64,000 bases of DNA, taken from contig CBDCXL010000002.1 in the NCBI GenBank assembly GCA_965223795.1, positions 672,001-736,000 of the forward strand, in the 5' to 3' direction. Shown piece by piece: positions 21,272-30,541 of this stretch (positions are counted from its first letter, which is position 1; each line of letters opens with the position of its first letter). Below the pieces are notes generated by a model. The model was not told the DNA's origin. It did no database searches and saw nothing but the letters and a program-made list of their open reading frames with translations. The position numbers were made by a program, and so were the translations under genes. This stretch comes from Nitrospinales bacterium (GTDB lineage Bacteria > Nitrospinota > Nitrospinia > Nitrospinales > VA-1).

Positions 21272-21688
21272 TCAGGCTGAATCGATCTGCGACTCGCGGG
21301 GAACGCTGGGGACCGAGGATGCGTGGTGCAGGACCATCTTCCAGCCGCCGCGGGCGCGTTTGAACAGATTGGTCGCGTGCACCTTGGACACCTGCACGCC
21401 GGACATGGACATGGCGAACAGGTTTTCCTGGCAGCTCACCCAGATCACGTCCGGGTAGAGGGTCAGCTCGATCTCGGAGAGGCGGATTTCCAGGTTTTCC
21501 GAGCCCAGAAAGATGTTGGCCCAGGATTTCATGATCGAATCGAACCCGCGCAGCACCTCCCAGCCGGGATGGATGCAGGCCACGGCCTCGTCCTGGTGCC
21601 AGACATTTTTCATCAGGTCCAGGTCGCGGCCATTGAAAGCCTTGTAGAACTTTTCGTTGGCTTTTAACGCTTCGTCGTGAACAGACAT
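21272..21688 (-). CDS. SnoaL-like/NTF2 fold protein
   Basis: ANEKFYKAF; CIHPGW; ATNLF; WKMVLHHAS. Confidence 0.88.
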   Translation of the reverse strand: MSVHDEALKANEKFYKAFNGRDLDLMKNVWHQDEAVACIHPGWEVLRGFDSIMKSWANIFLGSENLEIRLSEIELTLYPDVIWVSCQENLFAMSMSGVQVSKVHATNLFKRARGGWKMVLHHASSVPSVPRESQIDSA

Positions 21689-21734
21689 CGATCCTCTCGC
21701 CGGTGGGCGCGCCGCCGGGCTGGTTTTCCGTTAT

Positions 21735-22343
21735 TCAGATTTTCTTGTTGTTCAGCAGGTATTCGATGGCTTCAAAGGTCTCGTCGGATTCCCAGTTCTT
21801 CGCGCCGTCCACGCGGGCCACCACCCTTCCCTGCTGATCGATCACGAAGGTGAAGGGAATGCTGATGGTGGGATACAGTTTTTCCGCCTTGCCTTTGTGG
21901 TCCATCAGGACCGGGAACGACAGCCTGTATTCTTCCACGAAATCTTTCACCTTGGCATCGGAATTTTTATCCAGGCTCACGGCCAGCACGGTCAGGCCCT
22001 GGGAGCGGTAGCGGCGGTACAGATTCTCGAACGCGGGCATCTCCACGCGGCAGGGCACGCACCAGGTGGCCCAGAAATTGAGAATCACCACCTGCCCGCG
22101 AAAGCTCGACAGGTCGACCTGGTTGCCTTTGAGGTTGCTCAGGCTGAACGGCGGCGCCAGGAATCCCACTTCGGGTTTTTCCTGCTCGCTGCTTTCCTGG
22201 ATATCCAGCTCTTCCACCGACAACGGCTCTTCATTGAAATGCTGGAATAAAAAGAACATCGCCGCGATGAACAGCACCCCGAACAGGGCGGCGTACTTTT
22301 TAATGGGAATAGAGCTTTTCTTTTTTAATTCGGTCGATTTCAT
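21735..22343 (-). CDS. Membrane-anchored TlpA/ResA (CcmG-like) thiol-disulfide oxidoreductase
   Basis: N-terminal TM; LNFWATWCVPC; IP cis-Pro loop; lies at the distal end of the ccm operon. Confidence 0.9.
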   Translation of the reverse strand: MKSTELKKKSSIPIKKYAALFGVLFIAAMFFLFQHFNEEPLSVEELDIQESSEQEKPEVGFLAPPFSLSNLKGNQVDLSSFRGQVVILNFWATWCVPCRVEMPAFENLYRRYRSQGLTVLAVSLDKNSDAKVKDFVEEYRLSFPVLMDHKGKAEKLYPTISIPFTFVIDQQGRVVARVDGAKNWESDETFEAIEYLLNNKKI

Positions 22344-23001
22344 CTTTCATCTTTTCTTGCTGCACCCTCTGCCCCATCAACGTGAAATACAACAGGGTGA
22401 ACGCTCCCAGCGAGATGAACAGGGTGATCAGCATGGGGGTCTGCATGCCCGAGCCGAAGCCTTCCGGCGTGACGACTTTCGGCAGCGGATGAAACGCGCG
22501 CCACCACAGAACGGAAAAGTGGATGAGCGGCACGTCGAGAAAACCCACGATGCCCAGCACCGCCGCGTAGCGCGCCCGCATCGACCCGGCGTCGGTCTGG
22601 CCGCGCAGCATGAGATAGGCCACATAAATGAGCAGCAGGATCAGCGTCGTGGTCAGGCGGGCGTCCCAGACCCACCAGGCGCCCCAGATCGGCTTGGCCC
22701 AAATGGGCCCGGTTATGAGCACGAGCGAACAGAAGACGACGCCGATTTCCGCCGAGGCGTGGGCGTAGATATCCCATTCGCGTTCCTTCTTCCACAGAAA
22801 CAGAATGCTGCACACGAACACGACGAAAAAAGCGAAAAAGGAGATCCAGGCGCAGGGCACGTGAAAATACATGATGCGCTGCACCGCCCCTTCCGTCTTT
22901 TCGGTGGGAACGTAGATGTAGATGGCGATGATGGCCGCCAGGATCGCCGCGGCGGTGAGCCCGATCAGGAAAAAACCATCCCTGCTCTCTTCCTGATTCA
23001 T
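22300..23001 (-). CDS. ccmC: Heme exporter CcmC
   Basis: RIMYFHVP; WWD motif WAKPIWGAWWVWDARLT; WWRAFHP. Confidence 0.93.
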   Translation of the reverse strand: MNQEESRDGFFLIGLTAAAILAAIIAIYIYVPTEKTEGAVQRIMYFHVPCAWISFFAFFVVFVCSILFLWKKEREWDIYAHASAEIGVVFCSLVLITGPIWAKPIWGAWWVWDARLTTTLILLLIYVAYLMLRGQTDAGSMRARYAAVLGIVGFLDVPLIHFSVLWWRAFHPLPKVVTPEGFGSGMQTPMLITLFISLGAFTLLYFTLMGQRVQQEKMKDEIDRIKKEKLYSH

Positions 23002-23147
23002 TGGCCGGACTCCTTGTCGAACGCTTCTTTCAGCAGATCGAGATCCCGCTTGAGCGCGTGGTTGCGCTTTTTCAGGGTGATCAGGTAGACGATGACGCCT
23101 GCCCAGACAAAAGCGTTCGCCGCGAATAAAAATCCCAGGTGATTCAT
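22998..23147 (-). CDS. ccmD: CcmD family small membrane protein (49 aa)
   Basis: MNHLGFLFAANAFVWAGVIVYLITLKKRNHALKRDLDLLKEAFDKESGQ: TM plus basic helix; ATGA overlap with ccmC; not in the ORF track. Confidence 0.8.
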   Translation of the reverse strand: MNHLGFLFAANAFVWAGVIVYLITLKKRNHALKRDLDLLKEAFDKESGQ

Positions 23148-23151
23148 TCAC

Positions 23152-23832
23152 CTACTCCTCTAAGATGTGATCGATGGTCAGGATGGAAGCCCCTATATAT
23201 ATGATATCAAAACAAACCGTCAACCCGATCCAATTCATCATGCTGGACAATTCCTCGCCCGCCAGAAGCTGGCTGGTCATGCGCACGGAGCCGATGGCCA
23301 CCGGAACGATCAGCGGATAAAGCAGGATGGGCAGCATGATCTCGCGGGTCTTGAGGTTGGAGGACAGCGAGGACAGCAGCGTCCCGATGGCGCAAAACCC
23401 CAGCGTTCCCAACAGGATCACCACCAGCAGCGGTCCCAGGTGCGCCAGCAGATCGACGTTGAAAAAAATCATGAATATGGGAAGCAGGAAGGATTCCATG
23501 ATCAGGAGAAACACGAAATTGCTGATCAGCTTGCCGAAGTAGATGGCGGTGCGGTCGGCGGGCGTCAGGATCAGCGCCTGCAGGCAGCCGTTCTCCTTTT
23601 CCAGCATGAAGGAGCGGTTGAGCCCGAGCGTGCCGGCAAACAGGATCGCCACCCACAGAATCCCCGGCCCCACTTCGTTGGCCTTCTCGATGCTGAGGTT
23701 CACGGAAAAGATGAAGATCAGCATCACCAGCACGGCGAACACGAACATGCTGCTGAACAGCTCCCGGGTTTTCAGCTCGGTGGCGATGTCCTTGGCGACG
23801 ATGGCCCGGATCTGGCTCAGGTATTCGCGCAT
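23152..23832 (-). CDS. ccmB: Heme exporter CcmB
   Basis: About six TM segments; SFMLEKENGCL; MLPILLYPLIVP. Confidence 0.93.
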   Translation of the reverse strand: MREYLSQIRAIVAKDIATELKTRELFSSMFVFAVLVMLIFIFSVNLSIEKANEVGPGILWVAILFAGTLGLNRSFMLEKENGCLQALILTPADRTAIYFGKLISNFVFLLIMESFLLPIFMIFFNVDLLAHLGPLLVVILLGTLGFCAIGTLLSSLSSNLKTREIMLPILLYPLIVPVAIGSVRMTSQLLAGEELSSMMNWIGLTVCFDIIYIGASILTIDHILEE

Positions 23833-23890
23833 GAATCAGGCCGCTCCCGGAATATGAGCGCCGGCGTTGCCGCTGTTTCCCCTGCGGAAC

Positions 23891-24622
23891 TCAAGCCTTC
23901 GCATCGTCGATGGTCGCAAAATACAACTCCTCAAGGCTCTTCGAATCGAGCGCGCCGGCAGGCTCCAGGCGCGCGAACCGCCCGCGCACCTGCACGGCGA
24001 TCGTGTCCCCCATTTCCAGCCCGCAGGAAAGATCGTGTGTGGTCATGATGAGAGTGCGGTGCTTCGTGTGCAGCGTGTGAAGATAGTCTTTCAACACGTT
24101 GGACCCGTGCGGGTCGAGGCCGGTGAACGGCTCGTCGAGAAACAGGACGGAAGGTTCGTGCAGGACCGCGCGCGCGATGGAAACGCGCTGCTGCATGCCG
24201 CGGGAAAAGGTGCGGGTGCGGTCGTGCATCCGGTCTTTCAGCCCCACTTCATCCAGCGCCTGAGCGGCGCGTTCGCGCGGACGCTCGAGGCCGTACATCC
24301 TGCCGTAAAATTCCAGGTTCTCCAGCGCGGTCAGGTCCCCGTACAGGCCGGTGGAATGGGAGATGACGCCGATGTTGCGCCGCATTTCCGCATCGGTTTC
24401 GCGGATGTCGAAGCCAACCACTTTCGCCGACCCGTGCGTCGGCTTGGTGAGGCCGGACAGCATCTTGACGAGCGTGGTCTTGCCGGCTCCGTTGGGGCCG
24501 AAGATGGTGAGAAACGCGCCGCGCTGAAGGCTGAAGCTGATGCCGTTCACCGCCTTGATGACGCCGAAGGATTTTTGCAGATTCTCAACTTCAATGACGG
24601 CAGGACTGGCGGGATCGGACAT
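23891..24622 (-). CDS. ccmA: Heme exporter ATP-binding protein CcmA
   Basis: GPNGAGKTT; LTALENLEF; FSRGMQQR; LDEPFTGLD; position in operon. Confidence 0.9.
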   Translation of the reverse strand: MSDPASPAVIEVENLQKSFGVIKAVNGISFSLQRGAFLTIFGPNGAGKTTLVKMLSGLTKPTHGSAKVVGFDIRETDAEMRRNIGVISHSTGLYGDLTALENLEFYGRMYGLERPRERAAQALDEVGLKDRMHDRTRTFSRGMQQRVSIARAVLHEPSVLFLDEPFTGLDPHGSNVLKDYLHTLHTKHRTLIMTTHDLSCGLEMGDTIAVQVRGRFARLEPAGALDSKSLEELYFATIDDAKA

Positions 24623-24737
24623 GGCGAAGGGACGGTGTCAAACAGCGTGCGCCCGGCTTTGCTGCGGGCCGGCTGCCTGAAGAAAACGGATCGTGAGTGA
24701 ATGGAGCGAATCGCACCCGCCGTGCGGGTGACCGGGT

Positions 24738-25076
24738 CTAAAGGACGTTCGCATGCCGGAGGCTTTTGCCGCCCTTTTTTTTCTGCTTTTCCAGTTCGTC
24801 GAGCCGTTCCAGAATGCCCGCGGCCTCCAGTTCCAGCTTGCCTCGCAAGTCTTCGTAATCGGCGGCTGAAATTTTATCGGTCTTGAAATCGAACTCCAGG
24901 TCCTTGATCGACAGCAGCACTTCCTCCTTGCGCACCAGAAGGTGCTTGAATTCCTCACCGAGCTTGTCGGGCTTGGAAAAGAGCTTGATCTTGGAAAGGC
25001 CGCGAAACAACGGAATTCCCACCGCCGCGAGGATGGCAACCACCAGTATGAGTTCTATGAAATGAACAAATCGCAT
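24738..25076 (-). CDS. CcmI N-terminal-like small membrane protein
   Basis: N-terminal TM then IKDLEFDFKTDKISAADYEDLR helical motif; inside the ccm operon. Confidence 0.65.
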   Translation of the reverse strand: MRFVHFIELILVVAILAAVGIPLFRGLSKIKLFSKPDKLGEEFKHLLVRKEEVLLSIKDLEFDFKTDKISAADYEDLRGKLELEAAGILERLDELEKQKKKGGKSLRHANVL

Positions 25077-25078
25077 TC

Positions 25079-25558
25079 CTAGAACTCAATCTTGTCCAGT
25101 TCCTGCTTGAGCCGGTTGGAATATTTGCTGGAGATGGTTTTGGGTTCGGACTCCGCGCCGGACTCGCCGCTTGCTGTGCGGCGCTTCCACACCTCGATGA
25201 TCTTGCCGATCCCGAGCCCGCCCGCCATGAGGGCGACAAAAGGCATCACCCAGGCCGTCAGGTTGAATCCGTCTTTGGTGGGTGCGGACAAAACGGTCTC
25301 GCCGTGTTTTTCCACCTGCATGTCGATGATGTTCTGCACGGTGAGTCCGGAGTCGAGCAGCTTGGTGAACTCGGCGCGGGTTTTGTCGGAAGTGGCGCAG
25401 GTGCAGTTGATCAGCACCTTGCCGCATTTGTCGTCGCACTTGCACATGAGGGCGTTTTCCAGGTCGGCCAGCATCTCCGCCGACTGAGCGGACGGCGCCG
25501 TGCCGAGGGTCCACAACCCGAGCAGTAACAGTATGGGAAACACGATGCGTGCTTTCAT
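25079..25558 (-). CDS. ccmH: CcmH/CycL-like cytochrome c biogenesis protein, Cys-rich variant
   Basis: Signal peptide; LMCKCDDKCGKVLINCTC; HGETVLSAP...FNLTAWVMPF TM; directly after ccmF. Confidence 0.8.
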   Translation of the reverse strand: MKARIVFPILLLLGLWTLGTAPSAQSAEMLADLENALMCKCDDKCGKVLINCTCATSDKTRAEFTKLLDSGLTVQNIIDMQVEKHGETVLSAPTKDGFNLTAWVMPFVALMAGGLGIGKIIEVWKRRTASGESGAESEPKTISSKYSNRLKQELDKIEF

Positions 25559-25565
25559 GATGCGG

Positions 25566-27581
25566 TCACTCCTGCTGTGCCGGCGAGAACACCGCTTCCA
25601 GCCGGTTGAGCCGTTCCAGACGCCGCCGCTGCTCCAGCCGGTCCGGCCAGATGCAGATCACGGTGCCGAAGGCGATGACCCAGCCGCCGGTCCAGATCCA
25701 GCTCACCATGGGATTGAGGTACACCTTGATGGTGGCGGATTCGTCCTCGCGGAAATCGGCGAGGATGAGGTACACGTCCTGGCGGATGGTGGACAGCACG
25801 TCCACTTCGGAGACGGGCTGATTCTGGCCCTTGTAAAATTCCTTTTCGGGTTTTCCCACCCACACGCGCTCGCCGCCTTTGTAGACGCCGATCTGGGCGA
25901 TCACCCGGGTTTTCACCGAGGTGGCCTCCACGGCGGTCAGCCGCTCGTAGGTGAAGGTGTAGTCGCGCAGCTGGATGCTCTCGCCGATTTTCAAGTGCTT
26001 CTGGTCGTGAATCCCGTAAGCCTGGGAACCGGCGATGCCCGCGAAGATCAGCACGACGCCGATGTGAACGATGTAGCCGCCGTAGCGCCGCTTGTTGCGC
26101 CAGGTCAGCGAGGTCAGGGCTCCGGGAAACGATTCGCTGTGCATGCCCATACGGGCGGCCGACCCCTTGAGAAACTCCGCCAGGATACAGGACATCACGA
26201 ACACGCACAAAACAAAAGTGATGTAGGAATAAATCTCCGCCCGGTTGCCGAGCGGGATGAACGGGAACACCGCCGCGGCGAACACCAGCGCGATGAGCAA
26301 GGGCTTGAGAAAGTTCTTGCGCAAGTTGGACCAGGTGGCGCGCCGCCAGGCGATGACCGGGCCGATGCCGATCAGCGCGAGCAGCACCAGGCCGATGGGA
26401 ACGTTGACCTGGTTGTAGAACGGCGGACCGACGGTGATCTTGATGCCGCGCACCGCCTCGGAGATGATGGGGAAGATGGTGCCCCAGAAGGTGGCGAAAC
26501 CGATGCCGAGCAGCACCAGGTTGTTGATCAGAAAACTGCTCTCGCGCGAGAGAAACGAATCCAGTTCGTTTTTACTTTTAAGCAAAGGCAGCCGCATGAT
26601 GATCATGGTCACGCAGACGACGACGATGACCGCGAGAAACCCCAGGAAGATGTAGCCCAGGGTCGCTTCGTCGAAGGTGTGCACGGACTGGATCAGGCCG
26701 CTGCGGGTGATGAAGGTCCCGAAGATCGTCATGATGAAGGTCAACAGGACGAGGGACATGTTCCAGACTTTCATCATGTCCTTTTTTTCCTGGATCTGGA
26801 TCGAGTGCAGAAACGCGGTGGCGACGAGCAGCGGCATGAACGCGGCGTTTTCCACCGGGTCCCACGCCCAGTAGCCGCCCCACCCCAGCTCGACGTACGC
26901 CCAGGCGGCGCCGAACAGGTTGCCCATGCAGAGGAAGAACCAGGCGAGCAGCGTCCACTTGCGCGTCAGGCGGATCCAGCCGTCGTCCAGGTTCTTGGTG
27001 ATCAGGGCCGCCATCGCGAACGCGAACGGCACGGTCATCCCCACATAGCCGAGGTAGAGCGTGGGCGGGTGGATCACCATCCAGTAATTCTGCAGCAGGG
27101 GATTGAGTCCGCGGCCGTCTTCCGGCGGCGCGGGAATGCGCTCGAAGGGATTGGTGGAAAAATTGAGCAGGAACAGAAAGAAGATGACGATCAGCAGCAT
27201 CACCGTCATCGCGTAAGGCATCAGCTGCACGTTGCGCTTTCTGTTCTGAAAATACACCACCGACATGTAGGTGGTGAGGATCAGCGTCCAGAACAGGAGC
27301 GACCCTTTCTGCCCGCCCCAGAACGAAGCGAATTTGTAAAACGGGTCCAGCTCGCGGTTGGAATAGGCCCACACGTACTGCAGGCTGAAGTCGTTCGTCA
27401 TGAACGCCTTCCACAGGCAGATCGATGCGACCACGACGCAGCCCCAGACGATGAGCGGGGTCTTGTCGGCGCTGAGGTAAAGATCGATGCGGTTGCCGCG
27501 CACCGCCATGACGTAGGCCACGCAGCCATACAGTGCGGTGGCCAGGGCTACCAGTAATATGAATTCACCGAGATCGTTCAT
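25566..27581 (-). CDS. ccmF: Cytochrome c synthetase CcmF
   Basis: GLNPLLQ; IHPPTLYLG; WAYVELGWGGYWAWDPVENA; TRSG..SVH. Confidence 0.97.
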   Translation of the reverse strand: MNDLGEFILLVALATALYGCVAYVMAVRGNRIDLYLSADKTPLIVWGCVVVASICLWKAFMTNDFSLQYVWAYSNRELDPFYKFASFWGGQKGSLLFWTLILTTYMSVVYFQNRKRNVQLMPYAMTVMLLIVIFFLFLLNFSTNPFERIPAPPEDGRGLNPLLQNYWMVIHPPTLYLGYVGMTVPFAFAMAALITKNLDDGWIRLTRKWTLLAWFFLCMGNLFGAAWAYVELGWGGYWAWDPVENAAFMPLLVATAFLHSIQIQEKKDMMKVWNMSLVLLTFIMTIFGTFITRSGLIQSVHTFDEATLGYIFLGFLAVIVVVCVTMIIMRLPLLKSKNELDSFLSRESSFLINNLVLLGIGFATFWGTIFPIISEAVRGIKITVGPPFYNQVNVPIGLVLLALIGIGPVIAWRRATWSNLRKNFLKPLLIALVFAAAVFPFIPLGNRAEIYSYITFVLCVFVMSCILAEFLKGSAARMGMHSESFPGALTSLTWRNKRRYGGYIVHIGVVLIFAGIAGSQAYGIHDQKHLKIGESIQLRDYTFTYERLTAVEATSVKTRVIAQIGVYKGGERVWVGKPEKEFYKGQNQPVSEVDVLSTIRQDVYLILADFREDESATIKVYLNPMVSWIWTGGWVIAFGTVICIWPDRLEQRRRLERLNRLEAVFSPAQQE

Positions 27582-27660
27582 GGATGACGGATTTCCCGAG
27601 CAGCGGCCGCCGGGGAGTTCCCGGCGCCGGCAGTGAGTGTCTTATATATAAGGATAGGGA

Positions 27661-28146
27661 TTATATTGTCGTCTTGGATGAGGAACCTTCGGGCTTGAGG
27701 CCGGGCTTATCCTCGGGCGACGCCGTTGTTCCCGGATGCGTTTTTCCGGCTTCCTTTTCCGCTTCATACTTCGAGGGACAACTGGTCAACAGCGTGTCGG
27801 CATGGAAAACGCCGTCGTTGGTCAGTGTCCCCTCGACGACCACTTCGCGGCCGTCGGCAAACATATCCGGAGTCACACCGTTGTAGACCACTTTGAGGTT
27901 CGATTCCTTTTCCTCGATGGAAAACCGCACTTTTAAAAAATCCTCGGGGTCGCGCTGGATCGAACCGTTGACCACGTTGCCCTTCACCTTCAGGCCTTCC
28001 CCGGTGTATGAGACGTTCTGGCTCATCAATTCGTCGACCGTGAAAAAGTACTGAGAGGTGGAACTGATTCCGGAACTGATCAGATATGCGATGGCAATCA
28101 CGATCAACAGACTGCCGACGGCAAATTTAATTTTCTTCGAATTCAT
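27661..28146 (-). CDS. ccmE: Heme chaperone CcmE, CxxxY variant
   Basis: N-terminal TM; YNGVTPDMFADGREVVVEG; LLTSCPSKY in place of HDENY. Confidence 0.92.
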   Translation of the reverse strand: MNSKKIKFAVGSLLIVIAIAYLISSGISSTSQYFFTVDELMSQNVSYTGEGLKVKGNVVNGSIQRDPEDFLKVRFSIEEKESNLKVVYNGVTPDMFADGREVVVEGTLTNDGVFHADTLLTSCPSKYEAEKEAGKTHPGTTASPEDKPGLKPEGSSSKTTI

Positions 28147-28200
28147 GTCGTTTGCGCTTCCTCGCTGGGGGGAACGAAGCAATTTATTCCTTATAAATAA

Positions 28201-28230
28201 ATAGTATCACCCAAAATTTGAGCTTGTCAA
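28201..28230 (-). promoter_or_regulatory. Candidate sigma70 promoter of the ccm operon
   Basis: Minus strand TTGACA-N18-TACTAT with extended -10 TG. Confidence 0.6.
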
Positions 28231-28604
28231 AGCAATTCCCGGATCTTGAAAACCCTTGCAAAAAACGGTTTAGGCATCCTGACGTGTTCGATGCTCAAAC
28301 AACCGCCGCGGTTTTTTATATTCTTTTATATTCCTGAAAAAGCACCACAACGAAGCCAGGGAGTTCGCGGTCTCGAAAACCCGCCCGCCGCAGCCACAAT
28401 CAGAGCCACACAGCATGTGGATCTAAGGGCCGAAGCGGAAAACCGGCAGGGTGTCACCCCGGTGTCGCATCGGGGGTGGAACGCTCAAACCGGCCCGGAT
28501 TCGACACTTTGCGACACAAAAAAAGCGAAAAAAATAAAAGCCAATTTTTCAAATAGTTGCGAGTCATATGCGTCGAATCCGGCCACGCACAACCGGGATT
28601 TCAA

Positions 28605-28632
28605 TTGACAGAAACCGCCTTTGTGTTATGAT
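28605..28632 (+). promoter_or_regulatory. Candidate sigma70 promoter of the dcw cluster
   Basis: TTGACA-N16-TATGAT with TG extension. Confidence 0.65.
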
Positions 28633-28728
28633 CTGCCTAAATGTGTCACGAAGTGCACCAAACTTTTTCGAACCACTAAAATGAACTTCGCTTTCCTTCT
28701 TCTTGCAGCCCTCGGGCTGTTGACAATT

Positions 28729-29139
28729 ATGGCCAGTTTTTTAGGAGCTTACAACATAAATCTGGACGGCAAGGGGCGCTTCAACGTGCCCGCGAAATTC
28801 AAGGCCGTGCTGGACAAGCAGGAAAGCGATCAACTGGTGATCTGTATCCATGAAAATGAAACCAGCGGCAAGTACCTGACGATCTTTCCGGAAAAACAAT
28901 GGGATGCCAATCAAAAGCATTACGAGAACGTGGACGACTTCGATGAGGAAGCCAAGGAGAAAGTCCGCAGGCTCTATTCTCTGGCGTCGTATTGTGAAAT
29001 CAAGAGCGGAAAAATCCTGATCCCGGCGCACCAGAGGGAAGCGGCGGGGCTGGAAAATGGAATGGGAGCGGTGGTGAACGGGATGGTCCGCACCTTTGAG
29101 TTGTGGAATCCCGAACGTTGGGCGATTCAAAACGGGTGA
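28729..29139 (+). CDS. mraZ: Division/cell wall cluster regulator MraZ
   Basis: FLGAY...LDGKGRFNVPAKF; ILIP; FELWNPERW; directly upstream of rsmH. Confidence 0.9.
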   Translation: MASFLGAYNINLDGKGRFNVPAKFKAVLDKQESDQLVICIHENETSGKYLTIFPEKQWDANQKHYENVDDFDEEAKEKVRRLYSLASYCEIKSGKILIPAHQREAAGLENGMGAVVNGMVRTFELWNPERWAIQNG

Positions 29140-29198
29140 GCCGGACGGCGGAGGCTCTGCCTTCGCGGCGCCGGACTCGATGAGGACCCGGAACGGCC

Positions 29199-30143
29199 AT
29201 GTTTGATTATCACACACCGGTACTGAAGGAAGCAGTCCTGAAGTATCTCAATGCCAAGGAGGAGGCAGTGATCGTGGACGGCACACTGGGAGACGGAGGG
29301 CATTCCCTGTTCATTCTTGAGAACACGGGGCCCGGAGTGCAGGTGCTGGGAATCGACCGGGACCCGAACGCACTGGAACGGGCCCAGGCAAGGCTCTCTC
29401 AGTATGCCGACCGCATGCGCTTCGCCCGCGGCAATTACAGCGAAGTTCAGGAAATTTTACAAAGCCGCAGTATCGACAAGGTGGACGCCCTTTTGCTCGA
29501 CCTTGGGGTGTCCTCCCTGCAGCTCGAAGATCCGGCGCGCGGTTTCAGTTTTCAGCCGGAGAAAGACGGTCCGCTGGACATGCGGGCCGACCCGGGCGAC
29601 ACCGTGACCGCGGCCGACCTTCTGGTCAACCTGACGGACGCCGAACTGGCTTCCGTTTTCAAGATCTACGGCGAGGAGCGACGATCCAAACGGATCGTAC
29701 GAGCGATTCGAAACGCACAGGTTATCAGTCCAATTGTAACAACCCGCCAATTATCAAACATTCTTTCCGAAGTACTACCCGCAAAACCCTCTTCTAAGAC
29801 CCATCCTGCGACCCGTGTGTTTCAATCGCTCCGCCTCGTCGTGAACCGCGAGCTCGATCATCTGAAAGCCGCGTTGAAGGATTCTCTGGAAATCCTCAAC
29901 ACGGGGGCCCGCATTCTGGCGATCTCCTTCCACTCGCTGGAAGATCGAATCGTGAAAAATTTTTTCCGTGACGAAGAGAAAGGCTGCACCTGCCCTCCCC
30001 GCGTCCCGGTTTGCGTCTGCGGCCGAAAACCCACCCTTAAAATCATCACCAAAAAACCCGTGGTCCCCGATGCCGCGGAGGTCGCGCGCAATCCCCGCTC
30101 CTCCAGCGCCAAGCTGCGCGTTGCGGAAAGAATTTATGTATGA
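29199..30143 (+). CDS. rsmH: 16S rRNA m4C1402 methyltransferase
   Basis: HTPVL; DGTLGDGGHS; DLGVSS; PLDMR; SFHSLEDRIVK; NPRSSSAKLR. Confidence 0.97.
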   Translation: MFDYHTPVLKEAVLKYLNAKEEAVIVDGTLGDGGHSLFILENTGPGVQVLGIDRDPNALERAQARLSQYADRMRFARGNYSEVQEILQSRSIDKVDALLLDLGVSSLQLEDPARGFSFQPEKDGPLDMRADPGDTVTAADLLVNLTDAELASVFKIYGEERRSKRIVRAIRNAQVISPIVTTRQLSNILSEVLPAKPSSKTHPATRVFQSLRLVVNRELDHLKAALKDSLEILNTGARILAISFHSLEDRIVKNFFRDEEKGCTCPPRVPVCVCGRKPTLKIITKKPVVPDAAEVARNPRSSSAKLRVAERIYV

Positions 30144-30217
30144 CCGTCCGTCGAAAGCAGCAGCGGTATTGACTGCCGCGGGCCGCAACCTGAGCGGCGC
30201 ATCGACCGGGACTTCCG

Positions 30218-30535
30218 ATGTTTGAGCGGGCGCGGCGCGCCGCCAAAACCCGGCTGCACGTTTCTCCCAAAGAGCTGCGCACGCTGCTTGTGGTGTTCGT
30301 TCTGTTCATGCTCGGCGCGATGGCGTTCGTCTGGCCCAACGTCAAGATGGTGAAGATCGCCTACGAGTACCAGACGCTGACGCAGGAGCAGCGCAAACTG
30401 CTGCGCGAAAACAACCTGTTGAAAGTGGAACGGGAAAGTCTGAAATCGCTGGACCGCATACAGGCACTGGCGCGGTCCCGGACGGAACTGCAACCGGCGG
30501 ATGACGGCGAGATCGTCACCGTTTTTTTGAACTGA
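30218..30535 (+). CDS. ftsL: Cell division protein FtsL (start uncertain)
   Basis: Single TM plus coiled coil; lies between rsmH and ftsI. Confidence 0.85.
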   Translation: MFERARRAAKTRLHVSPKELRTLLVVFVLFMLGAMAFVWPNVKMVKIAYEYQTLTQEQRKLLRENNLLKVERESLKSLDRIQALARSRTELQPADDGEIVTVFLN

Positions 30536-30541
30536 GCGCCC

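Noticed and set aside
19304..21280. Long antisense ORFs (also 6837..8564, 12014..13822, 25500..27557, 37735..39978, 58795..60489)
   Set aside because: High-GC shadow frames opposite well-supported genes; no motifs of their own.
28240..28728. RNase P RNA (rnpB), which often precedes mraZ
   Set aside because: I did not see the GAGGAAAGTCC or terminal CGGCTTA signatures.
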